The notes beneath the pieces are model-generated. The model was given only the letters and a program-made list of their open reading frames with translations, did no database searches and was not told where the DNA came from. The translations under genes and the position numbers were made by a program. A stretch of DNA of 64,000 bases from NCBI RefSeq assembly GCF_963921235.1, contig NC_086108.1, forward strand, positions 17,732,001 to 17,796,000. Reading direction: 5' to 3'. The stretch is from Mobula hypostoma (Eukaryota). Position 1 is the stretch's first letter; each line of letters starts with the position of its first letter. This document shows, one piece after another, positions 37,740 to 49,525 of this stretch.

Positions 37740-38765
37740 TAACATGTGGAAGGTAGTTGTGGTGGCTGGAACTCAATCATCTAAGCCATGAGAAATCTCT
37801 GCAGGAGTTCCTCAGGGTAGTGTCCTATGCCAGTGATCTTCATCACTGACTGTCCTTCAGACATGAAGTCAGCACAGATGTTCACTGATGATTGCACAAT
37901 GTTCAGCACCATTCATGACTCTCCTCAGTTCAGATGTAGTCCACATCCAAATGCAGCAAGACCTGGACGATACCCAGCTTTGCGCTGAAAGGTTGAGGTA
38001 AAACGCAGAGTGGACCCTTTCCAGCCCTTAGAGCCACGCTACCCCAGCAACTCACAACAACCCTAATTTAACACTAACTTAATCACTTGACAATTTACAA
38101 TGACAAATTAACGTACCTTTGGACTGCGGGAAGAAACCGGAGCACTCGGAGAAAACCCATGCAGTCCATGGGGAGGACGTACAGAGACTCCTTATAGAAG
38201 ATGCTGGGATTGAACTCTGAACTCTGATGTCCCATACTGTAATAACATCACGCTAACTGCTAGGCTACCGCAATGCCCATTCATGCTACAAGAGCCGAGC
38301 AATTACAACATCCAACAAGGGAAGTTCCATCTATAACCCCGGCAGTCAGTGCATTACCATCATTGAATCCTACACTGTCAATATCCTAGGATGACCATTG
38401 ACAAGAAACTGGAGAAGCCACGTACACAATGTGGCCACAGAAGTAGGTTGGAGGCTAGGAATCCTACAGCGAGAACTCACCTCCTAACTCCTCAAGTCCT
38501 GACCACCATCTACAAGGCTCAAGGGTGATGGAATACTCTCTATATGCTTCAATGAGAGCAGCTTTAATACTCAAGATACTCGACACACCAGGGCATAGTA
38601 ACCACTTGATAGGGACCCCATTCACTCACCACTGGTACCAAGCAGCAGCAGTTAGCTCTACCAGCAACACACACTGCAGTAACTCATTAAGACTCCTCAG
38701 CTTTCAATCCCATGACTTCGACCAGCTAGAAGGACAAGGGCAGCAAAAGCACAGGACCATAACAG
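37740..38765 (+). mobile_element. Ancient CR1-group LINE RT fragment, interrupted by a SINE
   Basis: AGVPQGSVL, MFTDDCT (FADD variant), TIYKAQ..MEYS motifs. Confidence 0.7.
37995..38272 (-). mobile_element. HE1-like tRNA SINE
   Basis: Minus strand GCGGTAGCCTAGCAGTTAGCG head, GAGTTCAATCCC B box, and HE1-like core. Confidence 0.75.
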
Positions 38766-38774
38766 CAAGTTTTC

Positions 38775-39085
38775 AGGCTCTGCATGTGGAGTGGGTTCCT
38801 CAGCCTGAGGAACTTGTACAGTTAATGTACCGTGCCCCAGTATGGAGCAGAGTCCATGCACTAAAACCTTTGGACAGGCAGCTCATCTTGACCGCATCTG
38901 TCATCACACAGCCCTCCGACCACCTCCTCTTCCTTGGCTCCCAGGGGTTGAACTGCACTGCTCACACTCAATTGACAAGAGGTTGGATAATGTGTGCACC
39001 ATTCCAGGTCTACCCATGTCCACAAGCTCTTTAACCTATGCAGCTACACAACTTGGATCACACCATCTTTTGTGGTCCTGTCTGG
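38775..39085 (+). mobile_element. Vingi/I-group LINE fragment, strongly decayed
   Basis: Y.APVWSR..H...LD.QL and LRPPPLPWLP motifs across two frames. Confidence 0.5.
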
Positions 39086-40413
39086 CAGAACAGAAAATGA
39101 GTTGTTCCACGCACATTCCAAAAACGTACAAGTTAGTGGGTTAATTGGTCACTTGTAATTGGGTGCTTCAGGCTCACTGGGCCAGAAGGGCCTGTTACTG
39201 TGCTGATTCTCCAAATAAATAAATACAATTAAATAAGCTTGTGGAGGGGTGAATGGTTCACAGACTGAATACAGGGTGCCATTAGGGGGTTGGAGGCTGA
39301 GATCAAATTGAAGGGTTTGAGGGCTTTAAAGGGAACCCATGAATACGACTTCACTACAATTTTTAACTCTTTTTTCACGACTTACTGTATTTAATTTTTA
39401 AATATATATATGCTTCCTATTGCAATTTACAGTTTTTATTATTAGGTATTGCACTGTACTGCTGCCACATAACAACAAATTTCATAACATTCTGATTCTG
39501 AATAATGGATATACAGGAGTCACAAACTGGGATCTAATTGAGGGGCTGGGGCCGGGGGAGACTTCAAATATAGAATTGTAGATAGTCAGGAATGTGGTAC
39601 AGACCATAAGATATATGAGCAAAATTAGGCCATTTGACCCATTGAGTCAAATTGACCCATCTTATACACCTCTATCAGGTTACATAGCTGCAACATTACC
39701 TCTCAGCTCCTAAATACAATTTCCACGATTGATGAAGGCCAATACACCATACACCTTCTTAACCACAGAGTCAACCTGCGCAGCTGCTTTGAGTGTCCTA
39801 TGGACTCGGACCCCAAGATCCCTCTGATCCTCCATACTGCCAAGAGTCTTACCATTAGTACTATATGCTGCAGTCATATTTGACTTACCAAAATAAACTA
39901 CTTCACACTTATCTTGGTTGAACTCCATCTGCCACTTCTCAGCCCAATTTTGCATCCTACCAATGTCCTGCTGTAACCTCTAACAGCCCTCCACACTATC
40001 CACAACACCTCCAACCTTTGTGTCATCAGCAAACTTACTAACCCATCCCTCCACTTCCTCATCCAGGTCATTTATAAAAATTATGAAGAGTAAGAGTAAG
40101 AACAGATCCCCGAGGCACTCCACTGGTGATCGCCCTCCATGAAGATTATGACCTGAATACAACTACTCTTTGCCTTCTGAGGGCAAGCCAGTTCTGGATC
40201 CACAAAGCAATGTCCCCTTGGATCCCATGCCTCCTTACTTTCTCAATAAGCCCTGCATGGGGTACCTTATCAAATGCCTTGCTGAAAACCATATACACTA
40301 CATCTAATGCTCTTCCTTCATCAATGTGTTTAGTCACATCCTCAAAAAATTCAATCAGGCTTGTAAGGCACGACGTGCCCTTGACAAAGCCATGCTGACT
40401 ATTCCTAATCATA

Positions 40414-41234
40414 GAAACATAGAAACATAGAAAATAGGTGCAGGAGTAGGCCATTTGGCCCTTCGAGCCTGCACCGCCATTTATTATGATCATGGCTGAT
40501 CATCCAACTCAGAACCCAGCCTTCCCTCCATACCCCCTGACCCCTGTAGCCACAAGGGCCATATCTAACTTCCTTTTAAACATAGCTAATGAACTGGCCT
40601 CAACAGTTTGCTGTGGCAGAGAATTCCACAGATTCACCACTCTCTGTGTGAAGAAGTTTTTCCTAACCTCGGTCCTAAAAGGCTTCCCCTCTATCCTCAA
40701 ACTGTGACCCCTCGTTCTAGACCTCCCCAACATCGGGAACAATCTTCCTGCATCTAGCCTGTCCAATCCCTTTAGGATCTTATACGTTTCAATCAGATCC
40801 CCCCTCAATCTTCTAAATTCCAACGAGTACAAGCCCAGTTCATCCAGTCTTTCTTCATATGAAAGACCTGCCATCCCAGGAATCAATCTGGTGAACCTTC
40901 TTTGTACTCCCTCTATGGCAAAGATGTCTTTCCTCAGATTAGGGGACCAAAACTGCACACAATACTCCAGGTGTGGTCTCACCAAGGCCTTGTACAACTG
41001 CAGTAGTACCTCCCTGCTCCTGTACTCGAATCCTCTCGCTATAAATGCCAGCATACCGTTCGCCTTTTTCACCGCCTGCTGTACCTGCATGCCCACTTTC
41101 AATGACTGGTGTATAATGACACCCAGGTCTCGTTGCACCTCCCCTTTTCCTAATCGGCCACCATTCAGATAATAATCTGTTTTCCTATTTTTGCCACCAA
41201 AGTGGATAACTTCACATTTATCCACATTAAATTG
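40414..41234 (-). mobile_element. Young HER1-like CR1 3' fragment inserted in the same orientation into another CR1
   Basis: Nearly identical to 1-740; TSD AATCATA (40407-40413, 41235-41241). Confidence 0.95.
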
Positions 41235-42128
41235 AATCATATTATACCTCTCCAAATGTTCATAAATCCTGCCTCTTAGGATCTTCTCCATCAACTTACC
41301 AACCACTGAAGTAAGACTCACTGGTCTATAATTCCATGGGCTATCTCTATTCCCTTTCTTGAATAAAGGAACAACACCCGCAACCCTCCAATCCTCCAGA
41401 ACCTCTCCTGTCTCCATTGATGATGCAAAGATCATCGCCAGAGGCTCAGCAATCTCCTCCCTCGCCTCCCACAGTAGCCTGGGGTACATCTCATCCATTC
41501 CTGGTGACTTATCCAACTTGATGCTTTCCAAAAGCTCCAGCACATCCTTTTTCTTAATATCTACATGCTCAAGCTTTTCAGTCTGCTGCAAGTCATCACT
41601 ACAATCACCAAGATCCTTTTCCCATTGTGAATACTGAAGTAAGGTATTCATTAAGTACCTCTGCTATTTCCTCTGGTTCCATACATACTTTCCCACTGTC
41701 ACACTTGATAGGTCCCATTCTTTCATGTCTTATCCTCTTGCTCTTCACATACTTGTAGAATGCCTTGGGGTTTTCCTTAATCCTGCCCACCCAGGCCTTC
41801 TCATGGCTCCTTCTGGCTCCCCTAATTTCCTTCTTAAGCTCCTTCCTATTAGCCTTATATTCTTCTAGATCTCTAACATTACCTAGCTCTCTAAACCTTT
41901 TGTAAGCTTTTCTTTTCTTCTTGCCTAGATTTATTACAGACTTTGTACACCACTTTTCCTGTATCCTATCATAACTTCCCTGTCTCACTGGAATGTATCT
42001 ATGCAGAACTCCACACAAATATCCCCTGAACATTTGCCACATTTCTTCCGTACTTTTCCCTGAGAACATCTGTTTCCAATTTAAGCTTCCAATTTCCTGC
42101 CTGATGGCCTCATAATTCCCCTTACTCC

Positions 42129-42715
42129 TGTAAGGGATTCTTCTTTCATGTTACTTGCAAGGGTTAATAAAATGGCTTCTCTGTAGTGTTATAATAAAAT
42201 GGCTTCTCTGTAATGTTAACTGCTGATGTAAGGGGTTCTCTGTAGCAACATGTTTGGGTTATAATTAGTGATAACGGGCCTTGTATTCATTTGCTAACCC
42301 ATTGGGACAGATGTTATTTTTTCTTGTGTATCTGAAAGCTGTTGTTTGCGCGGGATTTGGGCAGATCGCGCCATGGGGATGAAGAGAGAAGCCGCACACG
42401 GAGAGATGCTGTGAGCTGGCTAGCGGAGTGGTCCGAGGATATTGTGTGAGCTCCAACATTGTGCACTAACTGTCTAATTACTATTCTTGACGCCTTTCAG
42501 TTTATATTTTGGTTCTCTACTAATTCTATAGTTCAAATAAAAGTTAGAAAACCTTAATTGTTTAACTGCATACTGTGTATGGCTTGTCATTTCGGGGTAC
42601 TGATTTGAAACAGGGGACACATCGCACAGCATCCACCCAAACGGGAATTCTAAGGTTTGGCTGGGCAGGGGGTTATCACTCCGCGATCATGCCACTGGGT
42701 AAAGCAAGGGTTACA
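42129..42715 (+). mobile_element. Solo LTR (587 bp)
   Basis: TGTAA...TTACA termini; 4-bp TSD CTCC; AATAAA near 42536; interrupts CR1 ORF2. Confidence 0.88.
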
Positions 42716-45120
42716 CTCCAATTAAATGCTTTTCTAACTTGTCTGTTCCTATCTCTCTCCAATGCTATTGTAAAGGAGATAGAATTATAATCACTGTCTC
42801 CAAAATGCTCTCCCACTGAGAGATCTGATACCTGACCAGGTTCATTTCCCAATACCAAATCAAGTACAGCCTCTCCTCTTGTAGGCTTATCTATATATTG
42901 TATCAAGAAACCTTCCTGAACACACCTAACAAAGTCCACCTCATCTAAACCCCTTGCTTCAGGAAGATGCCAATCAATATTTGGGAAATTAAAATCTCCC
43001 ATCACGATAACTCTGTTATTAATACACCTTTCCAGGATCTGTTTCCCTATCTGCTCCTCGATATCCCTGTTACTATTGGGCGGCCTATAAAAAACTCCCA
43101 GTAAAGTTATTGACCCCTTCCTGTTCCTAACCTCCACCCACAGAGATTCCATAGACAATCCCTCCATGGTGTCCACCTTTTCTGCAGCCGTGACACTATC
43201 TCTGATCAACAGTGCCACGCCCCCACCTCTTTTGCCTCCCTCCCTGTCCTTTCTGAAACATCTAAAACCCGGCACTTGAAGTAACCATTCCTGTCCCTGA
43301 GCCATCCAAGTCTCTGTAATGGCATATCATATCACCAAGTACTGATCCACGCTCTAAGCTCATCCGCTTTGTTCACAACACTCCTTGAGTTAAGATATAC
43401 GCATCTCAGACCTTCAGTCTGAGCACGTACCTTCTCTTTCACCTGCCTATCCTCCCTCTCGCACTGTCTACAAGCTTTCTCTATTTGTGAGCCAATCTCC
43501 TCTTCCCCAGTCTCTTCAGTTCAGTTCCCACCCCCCAACAATTCTAGTTTAAACTCTTCTCAGCAGCCTTAGCAAACCTCCCCGCCAGGATATTGGTCCC
43601 CCTGGGATTCAAGTGCAACCCGTCCTTTTCGTACAGATCACACCTGCCCCAAAAGAGGTCCCAATGATCCAGAAATCTGAATCCCTGCCCCGTGCTCCAA
43701 TCCCTCCGCCATGCATTTATCCTCCACCTCATTCTATTCCTATTCTCTCTGTCGCGTTGCACAGGCAATAATCCCAAGATTACTACCTTTGCAGTCCTGC
43801 TTCTCAACATCCTTCCTAACTCCCTGTACTCTTTTTCAGGACCTCTTCCCTTTTCCTACCTATGCCATTGGTACCAATATGTACCACAACCTCTGGCTGT
43901 TCTCCCTCCCACTGCAGGATATCTTAGACGTGATCTGAAACTTCCCAGACCCTGGCACCTGGGAGGCAAACTACCATCGGAGTTTCTCTCCTTCGTCCAC
44001 AGAATTGCCTGTCTGACCCCTAAGTATAGAGTCCCCTATCACTACTGCCTTCCTCTTCCTTTCCCTACCCTTCTGAGCCACAGACTCTCTGCCAGAGGCA
44101 TGGCCACTGTTGCTTCCCCCAGGTAGGCTGTCCCCCCCCAACAGTACTCAAAGAGGAGTACTTATTGTCAAGGGGTACAGCCACAGGAGTACTCTCTAGT
44201 ACCTTCCCCCTCCTGACTGTGATCCACTTGTCTGTCTCCCATGGCCCCAGTGTGACCACCTGCCTATAACTCCTTTCTATCAACCTCCCTGCTCTCCCTG
44301 ACCAGGCGAAGGTCATCGAGCTGCATCTCCAGTTCCCTAACTCGGTCCCTTAGGAGCTGCAGCTCGACACACCGGGTGCAGATATGGCTGTCGGGGAGGC
44401 TGGGAGACTCCAGGACGTCCCACATCTGACACCGGGCACAGAAAACTGGCCTCACACAAATACTTCCTCCTTTCCGCACGTAACACCGGTAAACCTACCT
44501 CGCCTCGTCCCGTTACTGCCTAAGCCCATTGAGCCAAAGCCCTATCACTTGCTGCCTCTCACACTGCTGCCCACTCCGCTGCCCACTCCGAACGCTGTCT
44601 ACTGTGTACGGTGGTCTTTTTAAACCTTTCATGCTCTACTGGCTGACGTCACATGCCTGCGCAGTCTGGCCTCTCTTTTACCCCGAGTGGTAAAAACTGC
44701 CTTGGCTCCGAAAATCAGCTGTTCACTCGCAGCCTTCTTGCTCCGAATCCAATTTTTCTCTCAGCCTCAATCTTCTTCCTTCTCACCGTACCCCTGACCA
44801 ATTAAGAATCTATCAATTTCTGCCTTTAGACTTGGCCTCCACAGCCATTGGTGGCAAAGAATTCCACAGATTTACCACTCTCTGGCTAAAGAAATTCCTC
44901 TTTATCGCTGTTCTAAAAGGACACCCCTTTTTTTCTGAGGCTGTGTCCTCTGGTCTTTGACTCTCCAATCATAGGAAACATCCTCCTCCACATTCACTCT
45001 ATCAAGCCCTTTCACCATTTGATAGACTTCAATGGAGTCTCCCTCCATTCTTCTGAATTCCAGTGAATAAAGGCCCAGAGCCATCAAATGCTCTTTATAT
45101 GACAAGCCATTCAATCATGG

Positions 45121-45193
45121 CAACACACATCAAAGTTGCTGGTGAACGCAGCAGACCAGGCTGCATCTCTAGGAAGAGGTACAGTCGAGTTTC
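45121..45193 (-). mobile_element. Penelope pseudo-LTR fragment (family of 19280-19346)
   Basis: Near-identical to the left arm of the 19244 hairpin; breaks inside the hammerhead core. Confidence 0.8.
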
Positions 45194-45194
45194 A

Positions 45195-45593
45195 TCTAGC
45201 TGACAGAGATGGTGCTTGGTGTCGGAAGGCTGGTCGGAGGCCCAAAATTTTTGGACAGACTCAGAGTCGGCTGCGGTCGGTGCTTCCAATGCATCGGCAA
45301 CTTTGCGGTGCTTGGAGTTCATGGCAGGGAGAGTTTCTCCCTTCTATCGTCTGCGTGAGATAGGGCTATCAGGACGAGACTTTTTTTTAACCGTGCCTAT
45401 AGTCTGCTCTTTATCAAATTACGGTATTGCTTTGCACTGTTGTAACTGTATGTCATAATTATATGGTTTTGTCAGTTTTAGTCTTGGTTTGTCCTGTTGC
45501 TCTGTGATATCTCTCTAGAGGAACATTGTATCATTTTTAATGCATTCATTTCTAAATGACAATAAACGAGGACTGACTGTCCTCATAATCTAA
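45195..45593 (+). mobile_element. Non-coding retroposon with a hairpin 3' tail; related copy at 48452-48965 (minus)
   Basis: Ends GACAATAAAC-GAGGAC..GTCCTC-ATAATCT; clear similarity between the two copies. Confidence 0.6.
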
Positions 45594-45747
45594 GATTCCA
45601 TCATCCGAATCACTGATGAATCGGTCCTAACACAGACCCGTGTAGAACACCACTAGTCACAAAATACTCTGCAGATGCTGGGGTCAAAGCAACACTCACA
45701 ACATGCTGGAGGAACTCAGCAGGTCGGGCAGCATCCGTGGAAATGAT

Positions 45748-45785
45748 AATTCAATGTTTCGGGCCAGAACCCTTCGTCAGTACTG
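45748..45785 (-). ncRNA. Hammerhead motif (Penelope), partly decayed
   Basis: Reverse complement CAGTA-CTGACGA-AGGGTTCTGGCCC-GAAACATT-GAA. Confidence 0.6.
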
Positions 45786-47610
45786 AAGAGGGAAGAGGTA
45801 GAGGCCCTATAAAGAAGGTGGGGGGGAGGGTGGGAAGGAGAAGCCTGGTAGGTTCCAGGTGAAAAACCAGTAAGGGGAAAGATAAAAGGGTGGGGGGGGG
45901 AAGCAGGGAGGTGATAGGCAGGAAAGGTGAAGAAGGAATAGGGAAAAACACAATGGATAGTAGAAGGAGACGGAACCATGAGGGAGGTGATAGGCAGCTG
46001 GGGGAGGGGGCAGAGTGAAATAGGGATAGGGGAAGGGAGGGGGAGGGAATTACTAGAAGTTGGAGAATTCTATGTTCATACTAAGGGGCTGGATACTACC
46101 TAGATGGTATATGAGATGTTGCTCCTCCAACCTGAGTTTGGCCTCATCATGGCAGTAGAGGAGGCCATGTATGGACATATCCGAATGGGAATGGGAAGCA
46201 GAGTTGAAGTGGGTGGCAACCGGGAGATCCTGTCTGTTGTGGCAGACGGAGCAGAGGTGCTCGACGAAGCGGTCCCCTAATCTGCGTCGGGTTTCACCGA
46301 TGTAGAGGAGGCCGCACCGGGAGCATCGGATGCAATAGATGACCCCAGACTCACAAGTGAAGCGTTGTCTCACCTGGAAGGACTGTTTGGGGCCCTGAAT
46401 GGTGGCAACAGAGGAGGTTTAGGGACAGGTGTAGCACTTACGCTTACAGGGATAAGAGCCGGGTGGGAGAGCCGTGGGGAGGGACGTGTGGATCAGGTAG
46501 TTCTACTCCTCGACTACACCTCTTCCCAACCCACCACATACAAAAATGCCCTATTCCCTGTTCCTCCATCTCCGCCGCATCTGCTCCCAGGGTGAGGCTT
46601 TCTGTTCCAGGACATCTCAAATGTCCTCTTTCTTTAAGGATCATGGTTTCCCTTCTGCTGTCATCAATAATGCCCTCACCCGCATCTCCTCCATTTCCCA
46701 CACTTCAGCTCTCACCCCATCCTCCCACCACCACAACAGGGACAGAGTTCCCCTTGTCCTCACCTACCACCCCACCAGCCTCCGGATTCAGCACATTATT
46801 CTCCACCACCTCCGCCACCTTCAATAGGACACCACCACTAAGCACATCTTTCCCTCTCCACTCCTCTCCACTTTCCGCAGGGATCGGTCCCTCTGCGACT
46901 CCCTGATCCACTCGTCCCTCCCCACGAATCTCCCACCCGGCACTTATCCCTGTAAGCGTAAGTGCTACACCTGTCCCTACACCTCCTGTCTTGCCACCAT
47001 TCAGGGCCCCAAACAGTCCTTCCAGGTGAGGCAACACTTCGCTTGCGAGTCTGTTGGGGTCATCTATTGCATACCGTGCTCCCGCTGCGGCCTCCTCTAC
47101 ATCGGTGAACCCAACGCAGATTGGGGGACCACTTCATCAAGCACCTCTGCTCCATCCGCCACAACAGACAAGATCTCCCAGTTGCCACCCACTTTAACTC
47201 TGCTTCACATTCCCATTCGGATATGTCCATACATGGTCTCCTCTGCTGCTATGATGAGGCTAAACTCAGGTTGTAGGAACAACACCTCATATACCGTCTA
47301 GGTAGTCTCCAGCCCCTTGGTATGAACATAGAATTCTCCAACTTCCGGTAATTCCCTCCCCTCCTTTCCCCTATCCCTATGTCACTCTGCCCCCTCCCCC
47401 AGCTGCCTATCACCTCCCTCATGGTTCCGCCTCCTTCTTCTACCCATTGTGCCCATTCTACCCATTTTCCCCTATTCCTTCTTCACCTTTCTTGCCTATC
47501 ACCTCCCTGCTTCCCCTCCCCCACACCTTTATCTTTCCCCTTACTGGTTTTTCACCTGGAACCTACCAGCCTTCTCCATCCCACCCTCTCCCCACCTTCT
47601 TTATAGGGCC

Positions 47611-47650
47611 TCAGTCCTGTGGAAGGGTTCCAGCCCGAAACGTTGACTGA
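47611..47650 (+). ncRNA. Hammerhead motif (Penelope); core mutated, stems intact
   Basis: TCAGTC-CTGTGGA-AGGGTTCCAGCCC-GAAACGTT-GACTGA; 6-bp stem I. Confidence 0.6.
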
Positions 47651-48451
47651 TCATTTCCACGGATGCTGCCAGACCTGTTGAGTTCCTCCAGCATATTGTG
47701 AGAACACCACTAGTCACCAGCAGCCAGCCAGCAAAGACTCCCTTTATCCCCATTCTTTTCCTCTTGCCAATCAGCCAATGTTTTATGCATGCTGGAATCT
47801 TTCCTGTAGTACCATGGTCTCGTAGCTTGTTAAGCAGCCTCATACGTGGCACCTTGTCAAAGGCCTTCTGAAAATCCAAGTGCACAACATCAACTGATTC
47901 TCCTTTGGCTATCCTACTTTTTATTTTTTCAAAGAATTCCAACAGATTTGTCAGGCAAGATTTTCCCTTGAAGAAACCATGTTGACTATGGTTATTTTAT
48001 CATGTGACTCCAAGTACTCTGAGATCTCAACCTTAAAAATTGACTTCAACATCTTCCCAACCTGTGTGGTCAGGCTAACTGGCGTATAATTTCCTTTCTT
48101 CTGCTTTTCTCCCTTCTTGAAGAGTGGAATGACATTTGCAATTTTCCAGTCTTCTAGAACCATTCCAGAATCTAGTGATTCTTGAAAGATCATTACTAAT
48201 GTCTCCACAATCTCTTCAGCCACCTTTTTCAGAACTTTGGTGTGTACACCATCTGGTCCAGGTGACTTACCTACCTTCAGACCTTTCAGTTCCCCAAGAA
48301 CATTCTCTCTAGTTATGGTAACTTCACACACTTCATTACCCCTGACACCTGACTTCTACCATACTGCTAATGTCTTCCACAGTGAAGTGAAGACTGATGC
48401 AAAATATTTATTCAGTTCATCTGCTATTTCATTGTCCCCCATTATCAGGTT

Positions 48452-48965
48452 ATGAAAACACATTTAGTAATGCATGCATTAAGAAATGATACATTATTTC
48501 CTCCGGTGTGATATCACTAAACACAGGATAAATCAAGAATGAAAAAACTGACAAAACCACATAATTGTAACATATCGTTACAAACAGTGCAACAATACCA
48601 TAACTTGATGAAGAAGTCCATGAGCACAGTAAAGTTCCAAGTTTCTCAAATGTCCCACATCTCACGCAGACGGGAGAAGGAAGAAAAACTCTCCCTGCCA
48701 TGCCCGACCACAGTCCGACTCTGAGTCATCTGAAAATTTCGAGCTCTGATCAGCTCTACGACACCGAGTACTGAGCGCCATCTCTATCTGAACGATTCGA
48801 CCTCCTTCACGGTTGCCAAAAGCAGGCAAGGCCGGGGATTTTGAGGCCTACCCTCCGAAAGATTCCCAACCACACAGTAACGACAGCAGCGAACGGACGT
48901 TTCAGAAATTTCTCCAGATGTTCCTCTGTGCTTTCATGTCCATTCTCCATCAAATCAGAATTGTC
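48452..48965 (-). mobile_element. Non-coding retroposon (family of 45195-45593)
   Basis: Shared ATGGCAGGGAGAGTTT...GTCTGCGTGAGAT block and 3' region. Confidence 0.6.
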
Positions 48966-49525
48966 CAGCATTGTTTTCCAGCGGTCCGATATCCACTCTC
49001 ACCTCTCTTTTACATTTTATGTATCTGAAGAAACTTCTGGAATCCTCTTTAATATTATTGGCAAGCTCACTTTCGTATTCCATCTTTAACTTCTTAATGA
49101 CTTTTTCTAATTGCCTTCTGTTGATTTTTAAAAGCTTCCAAATCTTCTAACTTTCCACTCATTTTTTTAATGTATTATATGCCCTCTCTTTGGCATTTAT
49201 GTCGGTTTTGCCTTCTCTTGTTTGCCACAGTTATGTCATTCTTCCTTTAGAATACTTCTTCCTCCTGGGATGTATATATCCTGTGCCTTTTGAAATGCTT
49301 CCAGAAATTCCAGCCATTGCTGCTCTGCTGTCATCCCTGACAGTGTCCTATTCCAATCAATTCTGGCAACTTCTCTCTCATGCCTCTGTAATTCCCTTTA
49401 CTCCTCTGTAATACTGATACATCAGACTTCAACTTCTCCTTCTCAAATTTCAGGGTGAATTCCATCACATTATGATCACTTTCTCCTAAGGGTTCTTTTA
49501 CCTTAAGCTGATCAATTCTGGTTCA

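Larger units (their letters stand above)
39685..44747 (-). mobile_element. CR1 LINE with 5' UTR, ORF1 and ORF2; 3' end deleted; two nested insertions
   Basis: ORF1 44264..44479 (C.RCQMW, CTRCVELQLLRDRVRELE) and esterase 43544..43810; endonuclease 42676..43305; RT pieces down to about 39710 (KFADDTK). Confidence 0.92.
45661..47700. mobile_element. Penelope-like element in inverted (divergent) arrangement
   Basis: Minus copy 45661-46490 (GIY-YIG ORF 46053..46373: VIYCIRC.RC.LLYIGET.RRLGDRF.EH) and plus copy 46500-47700; 17-bp TSD AGAACACCACTAGTCAC. Confidence 0.95.

Noticed and set aside
45109..45604. ATTCAATCAT/ATTCCATCAT as a TSD
   Set aside because: The two words lie in different, non-adjacent parts of the host CR1, so they look like deletion microhomology rather than a duplication.
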